A stretch of DNA of 64,000 nucleotides, taken from contig CAKOIM010000002.1 of the NCBI GenBank assembly GCA_934086815.1, forward strand, positions 16,155 to 80,154, read 5' to 3'. Both the position numbers and the translations under genes were made by a program. The notes under the pieces are model-generated. The model did no database searches, had not been told where the DNA came from, and worked only from the letters and a program-made list of their open reading frames with translations. The stretch's first letter is position 1. Each line of letters opens with the position of its first letter. Positions 28,132 to 38,978 of the stretch are shown one piece after another. The stretch is from an uncultured Bacilli bacterium (GTDB lineage: Bacteria; Bacillota_I; Bacilli_A; RF39; UBA660).

Positions 28132-29874
28132 ATGGCACGATTTGAATGGGATTTACAACAAATATTTACTAGTAATGAAGAATTTTATAAAGAGATAGAT
28201 AATGTAAAGCAACTACTTACAAATATTAAAAAATATAAAAGCACTAAATTAAATTCAACTTTATTATTGGAATTATTAGATGAAAAATGGAAAATAAAAG
28301 AAAAAAGTAATAATATTTTAATTTATGGATCTTTAATGTATTATAAAAATATAAAGGATGATGAATGTATTGAATTAAAAAGCACGGCGGAAACATTCAA
28401 TAATAACGTAAATACAACGTTAAAATTTGTTGATAGAAAGATATTGGATTTAGGTTATGAAAAAATTTTAAATTTTATTGCTGAAAACCCTAAACTAGAA
28501 ATTTATAAATTGTCTTTACATAATTTATTTCGACTTGAAGAACATGTGCAATCGGATGAAATAAATCAAAAATTAAAAATAAATAATGATCAAATAAATG
28601 AAAATTTAAAAAAATATAATAATTTACTTAGAGATATTAAATTTGGAAATATAAATGTAAACGATAAAGAGGTTGAATTAACTTCATCAAATTTTGCAAA
28701 ATATATTTCTTCTAGGGATAGTGATACAAGAAAACAAGCTTATTTTGCGGTTAATTCTGCTTATGAAAAAGAAAAAAATATTTTTGCAAATATATTAAAT
28801 AATATTTATGAGCAGAGAATAGAAAATGCCAATTTAGAAAAATACAATTCTGTTTTAGAAAAAACTCTATTTGAAGAAAATATTAATACTGAAATTTTAA
28901 CTAAACTAATTAAGATTGTGAATAATAATTTAGATCTTATTCAAAACTATTTAAAACTTAAAGCAAATTTGTTAGAAATAAACGAACCCCACTTATATGA
29001 TTTTGGAGTTCCATTAGACAATAATTTAAAAATTAAATATTCATTAAAAGACGCTCAAGAGATAATTCTTAATGCTTTAGAACCTTTAGGTACAGAATAT
29101 ATTGAAATAGTAAATAAACTATTTGATGGCCATATAGATGCTGAATTAAGTGAAAATAAACATCAATCTATAACTTTTTCTTGGAATACATATTCATTTA
29201 TGAATTTTAGAGGGGCTTATATAGATTTAAAAAATATGATTCATGAAATTGGCCATATTGTTAATTATTATTTATCAAAAAAAGAACAACCATTTATATA
29301 TGAAGATAGTACTGTATTTGTTGGAGAAACAGCTTCCATAGTAAATGAAATACTTTTAAATAGATATTTATATAAACATACTAAGAGTAAAGAAGAAAAG
29401 ATATTTTATTTAAGTAAGGAAATAGAAAATTATTTTACAACTGTATTTAAACAAGTTATGTATACTGAATTTGAAAATGAATTATATAAAATTAAAACTA
29501 ATTTTGAATTAACATCAGAAATTTTAGAAGAAAAATATTATAATATATTAAAAAAGTATTATGGCAACAATATTATTTATGATAGAATTGCGGGTATTGA
29601 ATGGTGTAGACTTGGCCATTTATATAGATGGAGTTATTACCCATATAAATATGCTACAGGATTATTAATTGCCAGTGTAGTAGTTGATTCTTTAATTGAC
29701 AAAAAAACTTTAACAAAAGAAGATTATATTAAATTTTTATCTTCAGGAAGTAGTCATTACTCTCTAGATTTATTAAAAATGCTTAATATTGATTTAGTTA
29801 ATACTGATGTAATAGAAAATGGCTTTAATGTAATGGCCGAAGATATAAATGAATTAAAATCTTTAGGCAGATAA
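28132..29874 (+). CDS. pepF: oligoendopeptidase F (M3B family)
   Basis: HEIGH zinc motif (MIHEIGHIVNYY). GGGAGG SD before ATG 28132. Confidence 0.88.
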   Translation: MARFEWDLQQIFTSNEEFYKEIDNVKQLLTNIKKYKSTKLNSTLLLELLDEKWKIKEKSNNILIYGSLMYYKNIKDDECIELKSTAETFNNNVNTTLKFVDRKILDLGYEKILNFIAENPKLEIYKLSLHNLFRLEEHVQSDEINQKLKINNDQINENLKKYNNLLRDIKFGNINVNDKEVELTSSNFAKYISSRDSDTRKQAYFAVNSAYEKEKNIFANILNNIYEQRIENANLEKYNSVLEKTLFEENINTEILTKLIKIVNNNLDLIQNYLKLKANLLEINEPHLYDFGVPLDNNLKIKYSLKDAQEIILNALEPLGTEYIEIVNKLFDGHIDAELSENKHQSITFSWNTYSFMNFRGAYIDLKNMIHEIGHIVNYYLSKKEQPFIYEDSTVFVGETASIVNEILLNRYLYKHTKSKEEKIFYLSKEIENYFTTVFKQVMYTEFENELYKIKTNFELTSEILEEKYYNILKKYYGNNIIYDRIAGIEWCRLGHLYRWSYYPYKYATGLLIASVVVDSLIDKKTLTKEDYIKFLSSGSSHYSLDLLKMLNIDLVNTDVIENGFNVMAEDINELKSLGR

Positions 29875-30068
29875 TGTTTGTTTAAAGTAATGGATATTCT
29901 TTTATTTATTAAACACAATAATTAATATGAAAAAAACAGATTATAAAAGTATCAAAATCAAGTGGCTTAATTCAAATTCCTTATTTACTTTAGTTAATTT
30001 TTGCTGTGGTTTTAAATTAGCTTAACAAAAACATAAAATTTTGCTAAAATTATTATAGGTGTTTAAAA

Positions 30069-30755
30069 ATGAATCAAGAAAATTTTGGTAAAATCATTAA
30101 AGATATTCGTAAAAAATATGGGTTAACACAAAAACAACTCGCTGAAAAATATAACGTTTCTTATCAAGCTGTAAGCAAATGGGAAAACGGTTTAAATATG
30201 CCTGATATAAGCTTAATAAAAGAGATTAGCAAAGATTTTAATATTAGTTTAGATGAAATGCTTGGAAATAAAAAAAATACTAATAAAATAAAGTATATTG
30301 CTATTATATTAGGCGTAGGGATATTAATTGCAAGTTTTTTATTATTAGTTTTTAAAAAAGATGATTTTCAATTTAAAACAATAGATACGAGCTGTAATAA
30401 TTTTAATGTTTCCGGCAATATTTCCTATAATCAAAATAAAACGGCCATACATATAAGTAATATAGAATATTGTGGTAATGATGATAATAATTTATATAAA
30501 GAAATAGAATGTATCCTTTACGAAAGTAATAACGGTTATGAAAAAAAGATTAGTGAATATAAAGGTCAAAAAAATAATGCTACATTAGATGAATTTTTAA
30601 AAGAAGTAAAATTAGTAATTGACAATTATGAAACATCATGTAAATCTTACCAAGATAATAATTTATATTTATCAATAAATGCTTTAAGTAAAGATAATAA
30701 AACAATAAATTATAAAATACCATTAAAACTTAATAATTGTAATGAACTAAAGTAA
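30069..30755 (+). CDS. membrane-anchored XRE-family HTH regulator
   Basis: GLTQKQLAEKYNVSYQAVSKWENG, one TM (IAIILGVGILIASFLLLVF) and an extracytoplasmic C-domain. Confidence 0.8.
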   Translation: MNQENFGKIIKDIRKKYGLTQKQLAEKYNVSYQAVSKWENGLNMPDISLIKEISKDFNISLDEMLGNKKNTNKIKYIAIILGVGILIASFLLLVFKKDDFQFKTIDTSCNNFNVSGNISYNQNKTAIHISNIEYCGNDDNNLYKEIECILYESNNGYEKKISEYKGQKNNATLDEFLKEVKLVIDNYETSCKSYQDNNLYLSINALSKDNKTINYKIPLKLNNCNELK

Positions 30756-31086
30756 GTTATATTACATAAAATGACAAAAAACGACTTTTCATATTTCTAT
30801 CACAAAAATTTCACAATTAAATAGTATAGTATTATTGTGGCAGTAAGATTAGGGTTTTAATAGTTTTATTGATCATTAACTCTTTTACAAACCTTTCTAT
30901 AATTTTTTTATAAAATTATAGTCTTATAGTTCCTACAATATTAAGTATTAAAAGTTTTCTTTTAAATAGATAAAATTCATTAAAACTTAGTGTCACACTA
31001 GATAGGTTAATTCCTATCTTTTTATTTGCAATTAATGTCTTTTTTTGATAGAATTAGTATGTGTTAATTTAGAAAGAGAGAATTTT

Positions 31087-31332
31087 ATGAACGATAACAC
31101 TAGTATATTTAATGTAAATGATTTAAGACAAGAATTAATTTTAATGAATGTAAATGAGGTTATTAGATCTTTAGAAAAAAAGGGCTATAACGCAATCAAT
31201 CAATTAGTAGGCTATTTAACTACTGGTGATAAAGCCTATATAACAAGTTATGATAATGCTAGAGGAAAAATAAGTCAGTTTGAAAGAAGTGAAATATTAA
31301 TGGCAATATTAGGAGCATATTTAGGTAGATAA
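31087..31332 (+). CDS. UPF0297 (IreB/YrzL-like) protein
   Basis: EVIRSLEKKGYNAINQLVGYLTTGDKAYITS pattern. Position upstream of ruvX matches B. subtilis yrzL. Confidence 0.8.
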   Translation: MNDNTSIFNVNDLRQELILMNVNEVIRSLEKKGYNAINQLVGYLTTGDKAYITSYDNARGKISQFERSEILMAILGAYLGR

Positions 31333-31745
31333 TGCGTTATTTAGGATTAGATCTAGGAACTAAAACTTTAGGAGTATCTATAAGTGATAAAACTAATACT
31401 TTAGTTAGTCCATTAAAATTAATTAAATTTACAAAAGAAAATTATGATGAAGCAGTAAAAGAATTACTGTTAGTAATAAAAGAATATAATATTAAAGAAG
31501 TAGTATTAGGGTTACCTAAAAATATGGATAATACTTTAGGGTTTGCTGCGAATAGAAGTTTAAATTTTAAAGAAATGTTAGAAAAAGAAGATGTTATTGT
31601 TCATTTAGAAGATGAAAGATTAACTACGGTCGAAGCTCTTAATATACTTAAAAATAATGGAAATAAAAATATTAAAAGCCAAGAGAAAACTGATATATTA
31701 TCAGCGGTACTAATATTAGAAAACTATTTAAAGAGGGTATCATGA
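31332..31745 (+). CDS. ruvX: RuvX/YqgF pre-16S rRNA nuclease (Holliday junction resolvase-like)
   Basis: MRYLGLDLGTKTLGVSISD start and LEDERLTT motif. Confidence 0.9.
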   Translation: MRYLGLDLGTKTLGVSISDKTNTLVSPLKLIKFTKENYDEAVKELLLVIKEYNIKEVVLGLPKNMDNTLGFAANRSLNFKEMLEKEDVIVHLEDERLTTVEALNILKNNGNKNIKSQEKTDILSAVLILENYLKRVS

Positions 31746-32008
31746 AAAATAAAATAATAATTAGTAATGATGAGAATAAAGAGGAATATAAATTATTATT
31801 AAAAGTTGATATAGATAATATTACATATGTTATTTATACTTTAAATGAAGAAAATGACTGTAATGATATTATTTGTTATGCGGCTATTTATAAAAAAGAA
31901 AAAGGTAGGCAATACTTGATGCCTATTGAAGATGAGTATATGATTGAACTTTTAGATAGTATTTTAATGCAAGTACAAAATTTAGCGAATAAAAAGGATG
32001 TTGATTAA
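31742..32008 (+). CDS. DUF1292 (YrzB-like) protein
   Basis: Small acidic protein in the conserved position between ruvX and mltG. Confidence 0.7.
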   Translation: MKNKIIISNDENKEEYKLLLKVDIDNITYVIYTLNEENDCNDIICYAAIYKKEKGRQYLMPIEDEYMIELLDSILMQVQNLANKKDVD

Positions 32009-32009
32009 G

Positions 32010-33059
32010 ATGAAATATAAGAAAACAATTATAATTATAGCAAGTATATTTTTAGTACTTTTAATAGGTATTACAAGTTATATGTTTTTATTAAGCCCAG
32101 TTGAAAATAAAAATGATAGTAATATTGTCTTTGTTGTAAATAAAGGTGAAGGAAAAAAAGAAATAGTTGCAAATTTAAAAAAAGCTAATTTAGTAAGAAG
32201 TAAATATGCAACTCTTATGTATATAGTAATCTCTAATAATAAAAATATACAAGCAGGAAGTTATAATTTAAATCGAAGTTTAAATACGAAAGAAATAATT
32301 AAACAATTAAATAATGGTGATGCAATAAAATTAAGTAAACCATCAGTAAGTATAACATTTAAAGAAGGAATAACTTTAAAAAAATATTTAGAACTTATAA
32401 GTGAAAATATGGATCTTAATTATGATGATATGCTTAAAACAATTAATGATAAAGCTTTTGTTAAAAAATTAACAGATGAATATTGGTTTTTGACAAATGA
32501 TGTATTAAGTGATAATATTTATTATGCCTTGGAAGGTTATTTGTATCCAAATACATATGAATTTTATAAAGATAGTGATATTGAAAGTATAATTAAAAAG
32601 ATGCTTGATAATACTAAACAAAATTTAGAAAAATATAAAACTGAAATAGAAAATAGTAATTATAGTATTCATGATATTATGACAATGGCATCAATTGTAG
32701 AAAAAGAAGCTATAAGTTATACGGACAGACAAAAGGTATCTCAAGTAATATATACAAGATTAGATAAAAAAATGAGTCTTGGTATGGATGTTACAAGTTA
32801 TTATGGAGTAGGAAAAGATATGAAAGAAAGTCTTACTATGAGTGATTTAAATAATTCTAATCCTTATAATACAAGATTAACTTCTTTTATAGGTCTTCCA
32901 GCAGGTCCAATATGTAATCCTAGTATTGAAAGTATTAAAGCCGTTTTAAATCCAGCCGATACAGATTACATTTACTTCTTTGCAGATATTACAACGGGAA
33001 ATGTTTATTTTACAAATGATTATAAAGAATTTGAAAATTTTAAAAAAATATATGGATAG
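32010..33059 (+). CDS. mltG: endolytic murein transglycosylase MltG (YceG-like)
   Basis: N-terminal TM, ASIVEKEA and YNTRL..GLPAGPICNPS motifs. Confidence 0.9.
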   Translation: MKYKKTIIIIASIFLVLLIGITSYMFLLSPVENKNDSNIVFVVNKGEGKKEIVANLKKANLVRSKYATLMYIVISNNKNIQAGSYNLNRSLNTKEIIKQLNNGDAIKLSKPSVSITFKEGITLKKYLELISENMDLNYDDMLKTINDKAFVKKLTDEYWFLTNDVLSDNIYYALEGYLYPNTYEFYKDSDIESIIKKMLDNTKQNLEKYKTEIENSNYSIHDIMTMASIVEKEAISYTDRQKVSQVIYTRLDKKMSLGMDVTSYYGVGKDMKESLTMSDLNNSNPYNTRLTSFIGLPAGPICNPSIESIKAVLNPADTDYIYFFADITTGNVYFTNDYKEFENFKKIYG

Positions 33060-33068
33060 GTGATTTAA

Positions 33069-33662
33069 ATGAAAGAACAAATATTAGAAATGGAAAAATA
33101 TGCGGCCTTAAATAATGTGCCAATTATTGAAAAAAAATCAATTGTTTTTATAATGAAATACATAAAAGAAAATAAAATTAAAAGTATTTTAGAAATTGGT
33201 AGTGCAATTGGATATTCTGCTATATTAATGGCATCAAGCACTCCGGAATGTGTAGTTACAACAATTGAAAGAGATGAAGCTAGATATATGGAATGTTTAA
33301 AAAACGTTAAAAAATGTGGTATGGAAAAGAAAATTAATGTTGTCTACCAAGATGCTTTGGAATTAAATTTATCCGAAGATTTAAAGTATGATTTAATTTT
33401 TATAGACGCCGCTAAAGGACAATATACAAAGTTTTTTGAAAAGTATAAACATTTTTTAAATCCAAATGGCGTAATAATTACTGATAATATTAAATTTCAT
33501 GGTTATGTAGGATCATCAAGCAAATTAGATAAAGGAAATTTAAAAAGCCTAGTGCAAAAAATTGAAAGCTATATCGAATTTTTAAAGGAAAATACAGAGT
33601 TTGACACTAAATTTTATGATGTTGGTGATGGACTATCTGTAAGTGTATTAAAAAGTGAATAA
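33069..33662 (+). CDS. trmR: class I SAM-dependent O-methyltransferase (YrrM/TrmR-like)
   Basis: ILEIGSAIGYSA SAM motif. Synteny with the U32 pair as in B. subtilis yrrM-yrrN-yrrO. Confidence 0.7.
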   Translation: MKEQILEMEKYAALNNVPIIEKKSIVFIMKYIKENKIKSILEIGSAIGYSAILMASSTPECVVTTIERDEARYMECLKNVKKCGMEKKINVVYQDALELNLSEDLKYDLIFIDAAKGQYTKFFEKYKHFLNPNGVIITDNIKFHGYVGSSSKLDKGNLKSLVQKIESYIEFLKENTEFDTKFYDVGDGLSVSVLKSE

Positions 33663-34419
33663 ATTAGTAACTGTTACAAATAAAGAGGTTATAAGTTCAT
33701 TAAAAAAAGAGAATGTAACTTTACTATATCCTCTTCAATTTTTTTGTGTTGGGTATGAAACATATTTTAATATAGATGAAATTGATGATTACTGTTTAGT
33801 AAATAGAATATTAACTGACGAAGATATTGAAAAATTAAAAGAAACTTTATCTAACTCACAAATTAAGGGAATATTTTTTGACGATCTAGGGGTAATAGAT
33901 GCTATAAAAGATTTAAAGATTAAAAAAGTATTAATATTAGATCATATTGCTGCTAATCATAAATCAATTAATTATTACTTAGATTATGTAGATAGCATCG
34001 TAGTTTCTAGCGATTTAACAAAAGATGAAATTGAGAATATTGTAAGTTTAGCTAAAAAAGAAGTTGTAATTAGTGTTTTTAGTCTAAAAGGTCTTATGTA
34101 TTCTAGAAGAAATTTAATTAAAAATTATCATACATATTACAAATTACCAAATGAAAACATCATAAATGCTAGTATAGAAAACAAACATTTTATAGCCGTA
34201 GATGATGAACTCGGAACAAAGTTTTATGCATATCCATATTATAATGCTTTAGAATTATTAAATTTAAAAAATGTTTTATTTTATTGGTATAATCCTATAT
34301 TTTTGGATAAAGATAAAATTATCAAGCTTGTTATTCATAATGATATTACAAATATACCAAATGATAAATTATTTTTAGATAAAAAAACAATATATAAAGT
34401 AGGTGATATAAATGCCTGA
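33655..34419 (+). CDS. U32-family protein (YrrN/TrhP1-like)
   Basis: Position and size match yrrN. Weak motif content. Confidence 0.55.
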   Translation: MNKLVTVTNKEVISSLKKENVTLLYPLQFFCVGYETYFNIDEIDDYCLVNRILTDEDIEKLKETLSNSQIKGIFFDDLGVIDAIKDLKIKKVLILDHIAANHKSINYYLDYVDSIVVSSDLTKDEIENIVSLAKKEVVISVFSLKGLMYSRRNLIKNYHTYYKLPNENIINASIENKHFIAVDDELGTKFYAYPYYNALELLNLKNVLFYWYNPIFLDKDKIIKLVIHNDITNIPNDKLFLDKKTIYKVGDINA

Positions 34420-35599
34420 ATTACTGGCTCCGGCAGGAGATTTTATAAAGCTAGAAATAGCCTTTATGTATGGGGCTGATGCCATTTATTGTGGAGGAAA
34501 AAATTTTAGTCTAAGAGCTAATGCAAAAAATTTTAGTAATGAAGAGTTAAAAAAAGCCGTGGATATTGCTCATAAACTTGGAAAAAAGGTTTATATAACT
34601 GTAAATATTGTATTTCATGATGAAAATTTTAATGGTTTAGATGAGTATTTAAAATTTTTAAATGATATAAAGGTTGATGGAATAATAGCGAGTGATATAT
34701 CAGTTATAAAAAGAGTTAAAGATTTAGGTTTAAACTTACATATTTCTTTATCTACGCAAGCTAGTACTTTAAATAGTTATGCTGTTAAGTTTTGGAAAAA
34801 TTTAGGTGTAAATAGAGTTGTTCCGGCTAGGGAAGCTAATAAAGAAAGTCTTATAAAGATAAAAAATGAAGGTATTGAAGTAGAAACATTTATCCATGGA
34901 GCTATGTGTACTTCTTTCAGTGGTAAATGTATCTTATCAAACTATATGACCCTTAGAGATTCTAATCGTGGGGGGTGTGCCCAAGTGTGTCGTTGGCCTT
35001 TTTTAGTGCAAAATAAAGAAGATCTTACAATAACACCGAAAGATTTAAATATGATTCCCTTTATTAAAGAGGAAATTGATATGGGAATTGACTCCTTTAA
35101 AATTGAAGGAAGAATGCGTTCTATTTACTATGTAGCAACTGTTATACTGTGTTATCGAAGATTAATTGATCACGCTTTAAATAATACCTTGACACAAGGA
35201 TTGGAAAGTTATTACTTAAATATTTTAAATAGATGTGCAAATAGGGAATCAACACCTCAATTTTTTGATAAGTTACCTGGTGTTAATGAACAATATTTTC
35301 AAGGCCGAACAGAGGTATCTAATCAAGATTTTTTAGGTTTAGTTCTTGATTATGATAATACAACTAATATAGCTACTATAGAGGTAAGAAATTATTTTGA
35401 AGTTGGGGATGAAGTACAATTTTTTGGGCCTAATATAGAAACATTTAACTATACTATAAATAAAATGTATAATGAAGATAATGAATTAATTGATATTGCT
35501 AGACACCCTAAAAGTATAATTAAAATGAAAATAGATAAAGAATTAGAAAAAAATTATATGATGCGAATAAAAGTGTTTGACAAAGATAATTTTTTATAG
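34412..35599 (+). CDS. peptidase U32 family protein (YrrO/TrhP2-like)
   Basis: ETFIHGAMCTSFSGKCILS signature and FKIEGRMRS. Confidence 0.85.
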   Translation: MPELLAPAGDFIKLEIAFMYGADAIYCGGKNFSLRANAKNFSNEELKKAVDIAHKLGKKVYITVNIVFHDENFNGLDEYLKFLNDIKVDGIIASDISVIKRVKDLGLNLHISLSTQASTLNSYAVKFWKNLGVNRVVPAREANKESLIKIKNEGIEVETFIHGAMCTSFSGKCILSNYMTLRDSNRGGCAQVCRWPFLVQNKEDLTITPKDLNMIPFIKEEIDMGIDSFKIEGRMRSIYYVATVILCYRRLIDHALNNTLTQGLESYYLNILNRCANRESTPQFFDKLPGVNEQYFQGRTEVSNQDFLGLVLDYDNTTNIATIEVRNYFEVGDEVQFFGPNIETFNYTINKMYNEDNELIDIARHPKSIIKMKIDKELEKNYMMRIKVFDKDNFL

Positions 35600-35643
35600 T
35601 ATGATTATGAACTATAAAAAGTAAAAAAAGGAGAAAGATAAAA

Positions 35644-36111
35644 ATGAAAAAAGAAAATACATTTATAATGACTGCGGAAGGGTTCGTAGAAGCAGAAAGT
35701 GAATTAAATGAACTTAAAAACGTTCGTCGTCCGGAAGTTATTAAAGCTTTAAAAGAAGCTAGAGCTCTAGGAGACTTATCAGAAAATGCTGATTATGATG
35801 CAGCTCGTAATGAACAAGCTATTATCGAAGCTAAAATTCAAGAACTTGAATATAAACTTGAACATGCAGAAATTATAAATAATAAAAATAAAGATGAAAT
35901 TAACTTAGGATCAACAGTAACTATTAGTTATGATGATGGTGAAGAAGAAGAATACAAAATTGTTGGCTCAATGGAAGCAGACCCTTTTGATAATAAAATA
36001 TCTAATGAATCACCTTTGGGAGTTTCTTTACTTAAACATAAAGTCGGAGATATTGTAAATGTTGAAAGTCCAAACGGTGGTTACCAAATAAAAATAGTTA
36101 AAATAGCCTAG
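35644..36111 (+). CDS. greA: transcription elongation factor GreA
   Basis: GDLSENADYDAARNEQA motif, 155 aa. Confidence 0.95.
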   Translation: MKKENTFIMTAEGFVEAESELNELKNVRRPEVIKALKEARALGDLSENADYDAARNEQAIIEAKIQELEYKLEHAEIINNKNKDEINLGSTVTISYDDGEEEEYKIVGSMEADPFDNKISNESPLGVSLLKHKVGDIVNVESPNGGYQIKIVKIA

Positions 36112-36171
36112 TTTTCTTGTAAAAGTTAAGAATTTATATTATAATATAGGAAGTTTAAAGGAAGGATATTT

Positions 36172-37416
36172 ATGAAAAACGTACATGAAATTGAAATTAA
36201 ATTAGATAAGGAATGGATTGATGCTTTAGATGCAACATTCAAAAAGAAAAATAAGGAAGTAAAAATAGATGGTTTTAGAAAAGGAATGGCTTCAAAAGAC
36301 ATTTATTTAAAACATTTTGGTATTGAATCATTGTATGCAGATGCAGTAGATACTTGTATTGGAGTTGCTTATAAAAAAGCTTTAGAAGATAATAAACTTG
36401 TACCAGCTTGTGAACCAAGTGTTGATGTAACTGGAATTAGTGATTCAAATGTAATATTTAAATTTAAAATTATTACAAAACCAGAAGTTACTTTGGGTGA
36501 ATATAAAAACTTAAAAATTAAAAAAGAAAAAGTTAAAGTAACTGATGAAGAAATTGATAATCAAATTGAACATATGCGTGGTCATATGGCTGATATTGTT
36601 GTAAAAGACAATGGAGAAATAGTAAATGGTGATACTGCTGTAATTAATTTTGAAGGAAAAGTTGATGGCAAAGTAGTAGATGGTGCTACTGGAGAAAATT
36701 ATTCACTAGAAATAGGAAGTCATTCATTTATACCTGGATTTGAAGAAGGGCTAGTAGGTCTTAAAAAGGGTGATGTTAAAGAATTAAATTTAAAATTCCC
36801 TGAAAATTATGTTGAAGATTTAAAAGGAAAAGATGTAGTATTTACAGTTACTGTTAATGAAATTAAAACTAAAGTATTACCTGAAATTAACGAAGATTTC
36901 TTTAAAGATTTAGGATACGAAGACGTTAAAACTTTAGATGAATTAAAAAATAAAGTTAAAGAAGAATTAACTCATGAAAAGGAACATCAAGAAGAAGAAA
37001 AATTTATGGATCAAGTTTTAGAAACTGCAGTTAAAAATATGAAAATTGAATTAAATGAAGAAATTGTAGACGAAGAAATCCATAGAATGATTAATCAATA
37101 TGCAGAACAACTAAAAATGTATGGAATGGACATTAATGAATACTTTAAAATGACAGGAATGAATGAAGAAACATTACATGTACAAATGAAACCAGAAGCA
37201 GAAAAGAGAGTAAAATACCGTTATTTATTAGAAGCTGTAGCTGAAAAAGAAGATATTAAATTTACTGAAAAAGAAATTGAAAAAGGTGCTGAAGATTTAG
37301 CTACTAAATATGGAATTACTAAAGATCAATTAATAGAATCTTTTGGTTCAATGGATGTTGTTGAATACGATATGAAAATGCAAAAAGCTATTGAAATATT
37401 AAAAGAAAACAACTAA
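36172..37416 (+). CDS. tig: trigger factor
   Basis: GFRKGMASK ribosome-binding loop region and FKBP-type domain FEGKVDGK...FIPGFEEGLVGLKKGD. Confidence 0.95.
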   Translation: MKNVHEIEIKLDKEWIDALDATFKKKNKEVKIDGFRKGMASKDIYLKHFGIESLYADAVDTCIGVAYKKALEDNKLVPACEPSVDVTGISDSNVIFKFKIITKPEVTLGEYKNLKIKKEKVKVTDEEIDNQIEHMRGHMADIVVKDNGEIVNGDTAVINFEGKVDGKVVDGATGENYSLEIGSHSFIPGFEEGLVGLKKGDVKELNLKFPENYVEDLKGKDVVFTVTVNEIKTKVLPEINEDFFKDLGYEDVKTLDELKNKVKEELTHEKEHQEEEKFMDQVLETAVKNMKIELNEEIVDEEIHRMINQYAEQLKMYGMDINEYFKMTGMNEETLHVQMKPEAEKRVKYRYLLEAVAEKEDIKFTEKEIEKGAEDLATKYGITKDQLIESFGSMDVVEYDMKMQKAIEILKENN

Positions 37417-37425
37417 TTTAAAAAG

Positions 37426-37449
37426 AGTAGGGAAGCCCCCTACTTTTTA
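37426..37449 (+). terminator. rho-independent terminator after tig
   Basis: AGTAGGG-AAGCC-CCCTACT followed by TTTTT. Confidence 0.8.
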
Positions 37450-37629
37450 TATGTTTATTTTTTATATGTATAGATGATATATTCGTAATGCTTTAGATGA
37501 AGGTATATAATTCATTTAATCTTATTTTTAATTACTTATAGCGATAATACATCTATCTATATAATAAATCAATTAATTACTAAATAATTACTATATAACC
37601 TTATATTTATATATAATAATGATATATAT

Positions 37630-37662
37630 TATAACCTTATTATAAATATAAATAAGGTTATA
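37630..37662. repeat. 11-bp perfect inverted repeat TATAACCTTAT/ATAAGGTTATA (third direct copy at 37604-37614)
   Basis: Read directly in the extremely AT-rich spacer 37453-37900. Confidence 0.85.
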
Positions 37663-37899
37663 TGCGTATTATACATTATTTAATTTATATTTTTATTTTT
37701 AATTAATATTACTTTGAATTAATAATGCAATTATAAATGACTTATAATAATTCCACAATTAATTAAGCACTTTAAAAAATTAATATATAAATTAGTTATG
37801 AGTATTTAATTAAAATTCATTTTAATTAGTTGTTTTATTTAAATTATATTTACAAAATAATATATATTATGTTAACTTAATTGTTGGAAAGAAAACTAG

Positions 37900-38903
37900 T
37901 TATCTATTTCTATTATCATTAATACTTAAATATAGTTCTTCTAATAAAGGATTATTACACTTCGTAAATTCACTAACATTAATATGCATATCAATATCAT
38001 CAATAAATGGTAAAGCATATATATTAATATTATCAAAATGATATTCTAATCTTCTAAAAGTACGTATAAATTTATCAGATAAGTTTCTACTAATCTTATC
38101 ATGTTCTGCGTACTTTTCTTGTAAGAACTTCTCTTTGTTTTCTTCTTCTATAAAACAGGAATTATAAAATTGTCATAACCCAAATCTTTAAAAAAGCTCA
38201 AGGCAATTGTCGCAGATACTAATGCTGATGGAGTTATTCCTTTTAAATTTTCATAATCTATAATATTATTATCTGATTCTTTCTTTAAATCAATACCGTC
38301 ATTAACTTTATATAATTGTCTATTTAATTTTTTGTCTCTATCTACTTCCTTAACGTTTTGAATTGCATAAATATAAACTGAATTATTAAATATTCCAAAC
38401 CTTACCATAGGCATGACATTATCATTAATAGTTATATTTAAATAAAATGGCGTCTCTTGCTCTACTCTATCCTTTTTTATAGAAACATTAATATTTCCAA
38501 GAGAACTTGTTATGTTTTTTTCTTCATTAATATTATTGTTTAGAAAAGATATTCTTTTTTTTAGAAAACTAAGTGGATTTTCAAAATCCTCACTTGTTGC
38601 ATTACTCCATAATAACGTTAAAATTGTCTTAATATAATCATGTTCATCCAATTCCTCATACTTACTTGATTTATAAAACTTATATGCTTCTAAAGTATAT
38701 TCTGTAAGCAATTCATCAAATGCTTTTTTATTTTTTATTTTTAAAGTTGGAATTAATAATCTACCATTTATATCATTTTCAATATTTATTAATTTATCGT
38801 CAATCAAAGTGTTAAATAAAATATTATAAGTAAAATATGCTTCTACTTTACCTTCCCTAGCCTCTTTAATAACTTCGTTATAAAATATATCTAAAACATT
38901 CAT
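37900..38903 (-). pseudogene. unknown-function gene split by a frameshift near 38140-38165
   Basis: ORF 38148-38903 (SD AAGGTG before ATG 38903) ends ...GYDNFIIPVL*. About 85 further codons (CFIEEENKEKFLQEKYAEHDK...LSINDNRNR*) run on in another frame with no start of their own. The two frames are both open only across a ~25-nt T-rich window. Confidence 0.5.
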
Positions 38904-38978
38904 ATGCAACACCTTATTTAAAGAATAACACAATTTTTAAAATTATGCTATAATTGATTTAGAAAGGAGAGTTAATTT

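Noticed and set aside
37453-37900. AT-rich spacer as a replication origin (oriC/DUE).
   Set aside because: Only one imperfect DnaA-box-like word (AATTCCACA) is present, there is no cluster, and no dnaA, dnaN or rpmH lies nearby.
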